Source of the DNA: Yuukianura sp. NJ FZ-2021
Lineage: Eukaryota
NCBI GenBank assembly: GCA_046563655.1
Contig: CM102283.1
Span: 9,114,001-9,178,000 of the forward strand
DNA length: 64,000 bases
Reading direction: 5' to 3'
The notes below the pieces were generated by a model, which worked only from the letters and a program-made list of their open reading frames with translations, searched no databases and was not told the DNA's origin. The position numbers and the translations under genes were made by a program. Below, in pieces: positions 54,339 to 64,000 of this stretch. Within the stretch, counting starts at the first letter, position 1. Each line of letters begins with the position of its first letter.

Positions 54339-54448
54339 TCTGATCAGCTGTTTACTGATCAGCAGTTACTGCTCACCGATCAGCTGTTTACTGATCAATG
54401 ATCAGCTGTTTTCTGATCAACTGTTTGCTGATCGCTGATCAGCTGATT
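54339..54448. repeat. Palindrome-rich tandem repeat of about 15 bp (CTGATCAGCTGTTTA) just after the Elongin A stop codon
   Basis: Repeated overlapping TGATCA and CAGCTG palindromes over about 110 nt. Confidence 0.8.
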
Positions 54449-55493
54449 AGCATTCGTCGCCTTCCCCTTTCCGGAAGCACAATTAATTGACATTATTGTG
54501 GGAATTAACACCGTTTACATTTTCTAAGATTAAGCATTCGATTAATCGGTTTTTCAGATCAATGTCAAGTTGAAGTTTATGGCGGTTTCTGATCAGGGTA
54601 AATTTTAAGATTGTAAGACTCCTAATTAAATTCAAGGGTTCCTCGACTTGATTATTTTCGAAATGTCGTCAATATACTTTTTCAGGACTATTTTTAGTTT
54701 AAAAATGCCATTTCTTCTCCATTAATTTGAAAATTCGTTTTCTCTTTTGACAAGAGTCAAAACGTTAAAGAAATGTTCCAGTTCCAATTAATTATTTTTA
54801 AGCAGCTGAGCTGTAGTTGTAAAAATCGTACTGAACGAATGCGTAATCGGTTCCCTATCCAGCTAAATTTACTATATAAGTAAATAGGGATTATTATATT
54901 AATGTGTATTAAACACTAATAAACTCATCGTTATAAACGTTGTAACATTTCGTTTCAAATCTATTTAAAATGTAGAAAATGATGCACTGTTTTTAAAAAA
55001 AATGGACTTTGAAAAAATCATTTCGAAATTCCAATTCTCAAAAAGGATTTATATTTTTATTATCCACAATTTACACAAGAGAGCAATTTATTTTACAATT
55101 TGAGATCAAGCATGCGCAGTTGAAAATTATTTTCAAGCGGATATTATTAGTAACTGGCTAACCCTAGAATTTTAGGAACAGGCTGTACATTTTTTAAACA
55201 AGATTTTCCAAACTTACTATTTCAAAACAGAAAATGTTGGTTTCTAAATGTTGTGCTTAGAGTTTCTCGTATTCCGGGTAAAGTTTTCGGAAAAAAATTT
55301 TAAATAGGTTTTTTCTTAACTTGAAGTTTCCGTTGCTAGCCTTTCGGTATTTTTCGTTTCTGTGAATTGGAATTTCAATTTACAAGGTTACAAAAGTGTG
55401 AGAAACGAAAATTGAGTATTTTATATAAAACTTAATTGTTCTATTACAAATTAAACTAAAACCTTAATTAACAACTAAAATGAAAATTATAAC

Positions 55494-56635
55494 TTAGTGG
55501 TAAGAATAAGTAAGGTGATCCTCGGGTGACATGCGACTGGACAACCCTTGACCTTGACCTTGACCTTGACCTTGATTATGTTTGGACTGTGATTGATGTC
55601 CAGAACTTGACTTTGGACTTAAGATGGGGTCTAGAATTCTGGAGTAGCTGGACTCTTTGTCCAGAAGTAACCTTGGCGAGTAGTGATTGGCCTGTTGCTG
55701 TTGTGTCACCGAGGTCACGTGGTGACTGCTTGGACTTGTAATGGCACTCTTCGGACTGAAATCCATCAGTTTCTGACCTTCCAGCATCTCGTATGGTTTC
55801 CTCGCAGGGGTCAAGCCATGTTGACCTTGGTGTTCCTGAATGCTGCCAGTATGATGCTTGTTGATGCTGTTGCCACGACTCAAGTTTGATTGAAGTTCGT
55901 TCACTCCGGGTTGTCCCGAGTGATACCGAGTGCCGTAAGTCGGTTCTTGAGTACTTGATGGCTGGAGTGGGATTCGAAACCGCGGCGGTGGTGGTGGATC
56001 GCCACGGTTTTCGTTGACACTGTTCGTTCTTGTTGTGCCGGACTCCGATCCGCTGCTGGTGTCAATCAGTTTTTTTTCGGCGGGATCCATCAGTCCATGT
56101 TTTCTCAAAATTTCGGAAGTTTCGTAATAACTTGTTTTGGCGTCTCTTAGGGCAGCTTTGGGGTCAACATCAACAAATCCTTTGGAAGATTCATACTGCG
56201 CAAGTATTCTACTCTTGTGACCTTGAGATGCCTCACGGTCACGGTCACGGTCACTTCTGGAGGAACAGTGGTGGTGACTGGAGTCGCTTTTGTCGCGGTG
56301 GTGATGGTGGTGATGGCTATGCCGGTGGTCATGGTCACCACCTTGTGATTTGTCGTAAGTTTTGTGGTAAGAGGATTCGTAAGAAGGTGGACCGGAAAGA
56401 AGCAAACCGGGTTTCCGGCTTTCGTAGATCGGTTCGTAGTTGGTTTCGGTATGGGGCGTGGTCATTTTCTTGGAAGTGGAGGCGGAGTCTAAAAATTTTG
56501 GCGGGTATTCAAATCGTTTTGAAGTGTAAACGGACTGGGATCGGCTCAAATTCGTTCTCGGTAGAACCGGAGATGGTTTGACGTAAAGCGAGCGTGTTCC
56601 GCCGTAAATCGGTTCGAGTCGTTCACAAAGTAAAC
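55494..56635 (-). CDS. bib: big brain-type aquaporin, terminal exon (long cytoplasmic tail)
   Basis: Acceptor ttttcag at 56636, phase 1 matches the upstream exon. Encodes EPIYGGTRSLY...LPRTNLSRSQSVY, which I recognise from Big brain tails, then His-rich and QG-repeat tracts; stop at 55494. Confidence 0.82.
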
Positions 56636-56833
56636 CTGAAAAAAATTATCAAAATAATTTAATGAAAATTCTTGAATTTTAACTGGATTTGAAAAGTTAA
56701 CTTAAAAAAAACTTGCAATCAAATCGTAATGCAAAATTGCAACAAAATCAAAATTTCCGCACGCAATTGGTGGTTTGTGTTGAACAAAATACGTCGTGTC
56801 GCCAATTTTAATTTTTCTTTTTGTTGACTCGCC

Positions 56834-57472
56834 CAGTGTTGGCAGATCCCCGGGGATTATATGCTTTCCCCGGGGAATTGGGGATATCCCCAAATCCCCG
56901 GGGATTTGGGGAAAATCGGGGCTCTGGCGATGTTTTGTAAAGCGCATGCGCAGCGTCTGCGCAAACCCAGAATTCAGCTTAGCTCCACCCCGAGCATTCC
57001 CAAACTCCACCCTGTTTTGTTCTTTGTTGCTATCCATCGTTATTAAACTTTATAATTTAAGTCCAATGTTGAATATTTTATATTCTATTTTATTTTTAAT
57101 ATATTATAACATAGTTATTATGTTTTATTTTTAATATATTATAGTATAATTATTATTTTATTATAAACTACAGCATATAAAGGTAAAACATAATGATATT
57201 CAGACTGTCTGTAGTATATCATGTACAGATAGTATTATATAAATGTTATATAATCAATATAATGTATTTATAAATAATATATAATATAAAATATTCAATA
57301 CCGGACTTTTAGAATCACATTACTTCAATGTTATTATAACAAAAAATGTCAGCCATTTTGGATAAAAAAAACTAAATCCCCATCACCCCCAAAATCCCCA
57401 CTTCCGAGGGTGGGGAAAACCCCAATAATCCCCATCCCCGTCCCCAGTGGGGTGGGGGTGCTGCCAACACTG
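56834..57472. mobile_element. Non-autonomous hAT-type MITE, 639 bp, in a big brain intron
   Basis: Perfect 12-bp TIR CAGTGTTGGCAG / CTGCCAACACTG; perfect 8-bp TSD GACTCGCC at 56826-56833 and 57473-57480; subterminal ATCCCC/GGGGAT repeats. Confidence 0.92.
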
Positions 57473-58451
57473 GACTCGCCAAACCATTTTTTGTAAATTG
57501 TATAAAACAGAAAATTCTTTGCAAAAAAGAAGTGAAGAAAAGCTCGAACTTGTAAAAAGCCAAAATATTTTTGAAAAAAAAATCTGTGTTTTTTCAATAG
57601 GCATTTATCTTACATTCGTAATTCGTTTGCTAAAGTTTTCCGTCTTCTCTTTGCCAATTTGTAGCTTTTAAAATGAAAATGTTGAAAACATTTTTACAGA
57701 AACGCCTTTTTTTTTAATACAGGATTTAAAATTATAAAATTGGCAATGGAGTTTTAAAAATTTCAGACTGCAGTTTGACGTCGCCATTTTGGTTCTGGCC
57801 TTTGTTCAACCAAATCCTGCGTTTTGACGGAGCTCAACGACCGGAGCCAGTGAAACACTTTGTTCAAACGGCTTGCTACAAAAACTGTTTCAAAGAACCA
57901 AAATCAGTTTCCAAATTTTTTTTTCAGTTTTGCATTCCTTTTGTGACAATTTTGCATACTGCTTGATTTTCAAATTTTAAAATCCTTTGATTTTGCACAC
58001 CTATACTCTCAGTTTTCATTCAACTTCAAGTAATTTACCCCAAAATTCTCAACTTTGCACAGTGTTTTTATAATTTAGAAAATCGCACAAAACTTTACTG
58101 TTTTTTGTGTAAGTTTTATTGAAAGCTAGTTTGGTCAGAAGTTAATTTCACTTTCTAGCAAAACACAGAAAAACAGAAAGCACTTTGACCACTTTTTGTG
58201 TGATTTTACAGTGAGTTGCATGACCTTCTGCCCTTATGAACAGTTTCATAACCTGTTTTACATTTCAATTCTCATAACATTAGAGAAGTGGGCGGCTAAT
58301 TGCATCCAGAAACTTTCACTTTTACTTTCAATCATTCTCAATCATCTTTTCTTTACAATTCAAGAAGCCATTTGGCACATGCGCAGAAAATGGTCATGAA
58401 CTTCAAAAATGAAGCTAAAACTTAACAATTTAAGATAAAAATTGAACTTAC

Positions 58452-58695
58452 GATCAGGCGTGGTGACAGGGAGTTCTGTAGGGGGGACATCGAGTGAATC
58501 TCCATCTGACCCTTGACCTCTGTCCTTGCCTCCCTTGCTTGACTTCCGTTTCAACACATACTTGTGGAAATATGCTGCCAGTAGTCCTCCTATGATTGGT
58601 CCAAGCCAAAACACCCAGTGTTTGGGCCACTTGTTCATCACGAAGGCGGGGCCAAGCGATCGGACTGGATTCAGCCCAGCTCCAGTGCATGGAAG
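58452..58695 (-). CDS. bib: big brain-type aquaporin, exon with loop E and TM6 ([40 protein letters not shown])
   Basis: MIP-family signature GxxxNPxRSLGP...HWVFWxGP; acceptor gacag, donor C|gtaagt; 244 nt, phase 0-1. Confidence 0.92.
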
Positions 58696-58970
58696 CTGTC
58701 AGTCAACAAAACCAAAACAGATTCAGTAAAAAAAAGTTTTTTTTTCAAAACAAAGTTAGAAAATTTTAACATCTTGTGCAACTTGAACGTTGAACGTATT
58801 TTTATCATTTAAAAGATGAAAATTGTCTGTTTATGGCTAAAGTTTGAATAATCTCCCAATTTCTCGCAACACCGAATCAGTTTCAATTTTAACTAACTTA
58901 AATAATATTTTAAACTTTTTTTTTTATTAAAATTTTTACTTTCAAAATTCTTTTTTTTTTTCGAACTTAC

Positions 58971-59151
58971 AGCAACAAGACTTGCGGCCAGTAAAACGGA
59001 TGAAGTAGGGACGCAATTTTTCGGATCCGACATGTATGTTAACGTGAGTACAAAGGTCAAGATGAGTTCCAGTCCAAAGGCTTGAACAGATTCAACGTGA
59101 GATGCAATCGACGTCGCTCCAAGCGTTCCTTGATATCCGGGAACAGTCAAT
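58971..59151 (-). CDS. bib: big brain-type aquaporin, exon with loop C and TM4-TM5 (LTVPGYQGTLGAT...QAFGLELILTFVL...); upstream exons not found in window
   Basis: Acceptor tttacag, donor GCT|gtaagt; MIP TM4 motif ExxxTF; TVPGYQG resembles Big brain. Confidence 0.88.
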
Positions 59152-59590
59152 CTGTAAACAAAGAAAACATTTTCGAAAATCAAAAGATGATAGACGAAAA
59201 AATGAGAAAGTCAAAACTGTTAAAGAAACTGGAACTAGTGTTTGATGTTCATTTTATCAAAAAAACTTTGAAAGTTGGTGGACTTTAATAAAAGTCTGAA
59301 CTAAACAACCATTTGAACAACTGAACAAACACGACGAAACCCACCAACATGAAAACTTTTCATAACAAATGGAATAAAGATTTCAAAATATGAAAATTTG
59401 AATTTCAAATAAGTATTTTCGAAAATGTAGTTTATATCTACGTATTATTGGTTTTTATTGGTACAAAATATTAAGTCTTAACATTGCATTGCGTCTTGCG
59501 TTTGAAAGTTATAAAATTACTAAAATAAACAAAACTTAAAATTACAGGATTTCGAAATTTTTGTGTTTTTTTTTCTAAATCGTCTAAACT

Positions 59591-61665
59591 TCATTCTGTT
59601 TCGTTTTCAACTTTTCCGTCATCCGGAATCAGGTCAATGGCATTTTCTGGCGTAGAGATTTGTACAAGATCCATAGTTGGTCCATAGTGTCTCTTATGTC
59701 GCACATGCGTCGGAGGGGGTGGTCCCCCCGGGGGAAATGAACTCTGAAACGGCTGAAACACAGTGGCTGCCGGTTTGATAAAGGAACCAATCAGGTCCTT
59801 GGCCATCATAAGTACTCCCTGTTGCCACTGCGTCATGAACGAAGGGCTCTTAGGGGGGCCCTTGTAGTAGCCACTGGCGACATCCGAGTGGTACTTGGGA
59901 TAGTTGCTAACATCTACTGGTTTCCCGCCAAAAACTTCTGTTTGTGAAGATGTAAATGTTGATGGGGAGGGTCCAAGGGCCCACTGGGAGGGGTACTTCG
60001 GACTTCCGGTGAAAGCATAAGTTGGCAACGGAGACTGCGGAAGTTCGTTGTAGCTTGGATGTGAAAATCCTGAAGGCGGGCCACCGGAGGGTCCGGAGGG
60101 CGGGAATTGCTGAGAATTTGAAAATTGTGGCGGCGGGTTTGAAAATTGTGGAGACGAATTTGAAAATGGCGGGGAAGAGCCTGATACTTGGAAGGGTGAA
60201 GCCGATACTGTTTCAATTATTGGAAAAGTGCTTGGAATTGGACTTTGACCTTGCTGACCTTGACCCGGTTGAATTTGACCTTGTTGACCTTGACCTTGTT
60301 GTGATGTAGTTGGAGTCTGAGGAGATGGAAATGGACTATAAATTTCACTTGATGTTACCGTTTGAGTTTGAGCATGAGCTGGAAATCCGAAACTGCCGCC
60401 AGAGGGAAACTGCTGAGACGTCGGCTGATATTTCGATCCGCCGGGTTGTGTCGGATACGGATTCGGTTTTGAAGCAACCGGTTTTCCACGAAACGATTCC
60501 ACGACGGTATCCATTAGATTGTACGGAAATGGAAGAACCTTTGGTCCTCGTATCGGTTTTTTGTATGGAATTGACGTGAGAACCTTTTGGGGTTGACCGT
60601 CCGGACTAAATTGTGGCCCTTGACCTTGACTTTGCAGAGCTTCTTGGTATCGATTGTAAGCTTCTAAATGTCTTTGGTACTCTGCGTATTCAGCATCCGA
60701 TGGTCCTGGAGCAGGCGCAGGCGCAGAAGACAAACCGACCTGCGCAGAGGGGCCGACCTGCGGATTTTGACCGACCTGCGAAGTTGGTCCCATGATTTGA
60801 ATTGCTGGTGTTATTACTGGTTGTTGCTGCTGCTGCGGATAAGGTTGCTGCTGCTCAACTGGATTCAAAAATGCTGCTTGGATGTAGTGTCCAGGCGGCG
60901 ACACTGGAACTTGTACTGGCTGGGCAGGTTGCTGAAACTGCTGCTGTTGCTGCGGAGGTTGCTGAAACTGCTGTTGCTGTTGCTGCGGAGGTTGCTGAAA
61001 CTCCGGTTGCTGTTGCTGCACAGGCTGACTGTCGGCAGGTTTCGACTCTTGGTTTCTCTCAATCCTTATTTGAGGTTGTTGCACAGGCGCCGCTGCAGGG
61101 CCGGTCATCGGTGTGATGGAGTACGACGCTTGCTGATTATTTTGCAACAACGCATGCGTCGTTTGTGGTCCGAGTTGAATTTGATTAAAAAGATCATCAG
61201 ATCCGGCCGTTAAATCTTTGAATTTGAAGAAACTGTCGTCTGCTGCTCCAAAACTTGATACTGGGCTTTGGGGAACAAAGTCTGTCCAAGCTGCTGGAAG
61301 ATCTTGCTTCTTCTGAGGATACTGGCGAATCTTGGGGTAGGGCCGGTGGGGCCTTTGGTGGGGCTGGTTTTGGTGGGACCTTTGGTGGGGCTCGTTTTGG
61401 TGGGGCTGGGGTGCACTTCGTTGGTTACCTTGCCGATCCGGAACATTTCCAGCAAATTGAGCCGATACGCACTGAAACACAAAAAATAAAAATTCAATAA
61501 AATTTTCCCGCCGGAGTTAAAATCCAAGCCGAGAAGTACTGCCAGCACATGCTTCTAAAGCAGAAAATGCTGGAAGTACTGCAAGTACAAAATGCTGGAA
61601 GTACTGTGCATGCTTACCAGAAGAACTGATGAAAGCAGGAACAGTAGTGTTAAGTGGTGGGCCAT
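59591..61665 (-). CDS. Secreted Gln/Pro/Ser-rich low-complexity protein, 642 aa; exons 61618-61665 and 59591-61471
   Basis: Exon 1 MAHHLTLLFLLSSVLL (donor CTG|gtaagc) joins in phase 0 to CVSA-QFAG (acceptor tttcag), forming a signal peptide; 1881-nt open second exon; initiator TCAGTC at 61708-61713. Confidence 0.88.
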
Positions 61666-63318
61666 ATCGCTGTTTGAAGCGACGTCCTTGACCAACAGTA
61701 GCCTTCTGACTGACTTGACGTTATGTTATCTTCCTCTTGTAGAAATTTTTGCACAAAATTTGCACAATTTGCACTCCTGCTCAATTTCTTCCCAAAGTTT
61801 ACGTACAATTTCTATTGTTTTTTGTCTCAATTTGACAAAACAGTTGCAAATAAGTTGTTCCGCAGCATTCAGGATCTTGAGCTTTCACTTTTGCATGTTG
61901 GGCGGAGAGGGAATTTTTGAAGATTCATACACGGATATACTGTTGGTTTCATTTTAATGCAACTTTGTGAAGTAACAGTCACAAAAAAAGTTATAGTCTT
62001 CCGTGCCAATTGAAAAGGAAAGTTTGTAACTTTGTGGTGAAGGATTAGCCAATGGAGTGTATACGTGTACAATGTGTGTATTTTTTACACGTACGTGTGT
62101 ATTTTATACAGTTTACACACGGCGTGTATTTAGTAGCAAGAGAGCATCAACACCTTCCATCATCAACCGGTTTTTGTTTTTAGTGAAACTGAGAAATTTC
62201 CAATCCAAAATCATTTTAACCTGCAGTGCAGCAGAGGAAAAGATTACGTGAAAAATTGAAATTTTTTGGTGGTGTCACGTTTAAACTTTAAAATTTTGAC
62301 AAACGTAATTAAAGCTTTCTGATTTTTGATACAGAAAAACCCAAAACACATTGACAATGGGTGGTAAATTACTAATTTGTGACGCCTTGACTAACTTTTG
62401 TTTTCATAATTTTTGTAATTTGGTGAAATTGTACATGAACTTTGTGGTTAAATTTTTTATGACTTGAGCAAAAACATGAATGAGTAAACAACGATGAGTG
62501 TGCGTGAAGTGACACAGCACGGAAGAATTTAAAAACGTTTCCGCAATTGCTAATTAGTGTTAGGAAGAAGACATGTTTGAAAATCAAAACAACAAAAATT
62601 TGATGTTTTGCAGAGAAGATGCACAATACATTGTAAATTTTGTGTTTTTAAACTACTTTCTAATCATGGAAGATCACCTTACTTTTTTATGAGTTAAGAA
62701 ATTGAATGGAATTAATTAACCCAGTCGATTAATCAGTCGATTAACATTTATTTCCGAATGTGGCAATTTTCAAACCTTTGTTTCAACAAAAGTGACGATG
62801 TTAAATTAACTATAAGACCAACAGTAGGGAAATTCTGAATTTTTTTTCACATTTTTTGAGCGTCTTTGAAATTTTGAAAGGTCCATTTTTTTTCAAAGTT
62901 CCTTCTCTTTTCATTTTCTTTGTGTCGAGTTTGTGATGCTTAATCCTCCGGATGTGGGTGTGTCATAAATTTTCAATTGAATTCAAAACAGCATTTTGGA
63001 ACATTTTTTGAATTACGATATGTGATCGCTTTTAAGTTTTTGAAAAAAGAGCAAATGGTTTTTCTTTTCAAAAGTATCCTATTACATGACAAAAGTTTTA
63101 CTGTAGGAGCAAATTCAAATACTTTTTTAAATGCATTTCCGGTCTTTGAATTTCTTAATTACATTTTGAATTGCATTTTTGAAAAACTTAAGTATTTAAA
63201 ATTTCATTTTGAATTCAAAAAACATTTTTAGAACTTCATTACTTACACCTTTGTTCACATTGCTTAAGATTTGGATCGTTTGATCTTCTTTTCAATTACA
63301 GTGACCCCACCCCACCCC

Positions 63319-63921
63319 TTAAGGGCCCCTATTAGTTTGAATCTCGCTTCTTCATGGCCCGAGGGATCAAAAGTAAAGCAGTCGTTACCTTAGATAAACT
63401 AAAACTCAGTTTTTTGAATTTCCACTGCTGTGTTGTAAGATTTATGACCCGAGAGGACTTAAGGGCTCCTGACGGAAGACGTAAAAGTTGCTACAAAGAA
63501 GTAGCAGAGATGCTGAGGGACTTAAGGCCCCTTTGTGGTCCCTTTGATCCTGCAAGATGCAAGTCTGGTCCACATGTGTGTTAAGGGCCCCTCTCCCTGT
63601 GTTAAGGGCCCCCTCTCCGTGATCTGGGCCAACACCTGGCAAGCATGAATTCTTAGACAGTCGACAGGCAGATGTTCCTGGACACTCCGCTCGTGTTTGC
63701 AAGAAACTCGTTTTTTGAACAAAAAGATCCAAGGAGACCCTTAAGTACCCCTCAGCATCTTTCTTCTTGCTTTGAAGGCGTAAGACGAACGTCTTAACAA
63801 AGAAACCGAGAAGCTACCAAATTTGAAAAAACTTAAGGGTACAGAAGTTGATCACGGAGCGAGTGACTTAAAGATCAGAATTGATCCAAGGGCCAACTGT
63901 TTTGTAGTTGGGGGCCCTTAA
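63319..63921. mobile_element. Possible TTAA-flanked non-autonomous element rich in CTTAAGGGCCCC motifs
   Basis: CTTAAGGGCCCC at 63318 is mirrored by GGGGCCCTTAAG ending at 63922; internal motif variants at about 63458, 63521, 63581, 63602, 63740 and 63832. Confidence 0.4.
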
Positions 63922-64000
63922 GTATTAAGTCTAGACTTAAGGGAGTGACTCCTTTTGGAAGAAAATGAAGCGCAACAGCAGGCATGCGCACCAAGGTTAA

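Noticed and set aside
56702-57671. Several 60-112 aa ORFs within and around the MITE
   Set aside because: No transposase motifs; they come from GC-rich subterminal repeats.
60022-61548. Leu-rich and Ala/Val-rich plus-strand ORFs and alternative-frame ORFs
   Set aside because: Shadows of CAG/CAA-rich codons in the Gln/Pro-rich gene.

Overview
AT-rich, intron-containing animal genomic DNA, not prokaryotic. The gene set (expansion/rebuf family, big brain) and TCAGT initiators point to an arthropod; a springtail-like hexapod is a guess only. Most ORFs in the supplied track are spurious or antisense shadows. Six genes were reconstructed by hand from GT-AG junctions with consistent phases. (1) An expansion/rebuf-family Smad-MH2-like gene on the minus strand spans about 764-42970, with introns of about 21 kb and 14 kb and apparently two promoters. 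(2) A 5-exon orphan gene (46800-47983, +) encodes a 304-aa protein with an N-terminal hydrophobic segment and C-terminal KEEL. (3) An intronless, secreted TPQ copper amine oxidase (48425-50425, +) has microbial-looking motifs; it is the best horizontal-transfer candidate and the most interesting item. (4) Elongin A (51759-54335, +). (5) The 3' half of a big brain-type aquaporin (55494-59151, -) has NPV in place of the second NPA. (6) A secreted Gln/Pro-rich protein gene (59591-61665, -) appears nested on the same strand inside a big brain intron. Also present are a hAT-type MITE with an 8-bp TSD, three tiny TA-flanked CCGTA MITEs, a 37-bp minisatellite and an excess of CGCATGCG palindromes. 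No database searches were run; identities rest on recognised motifs.
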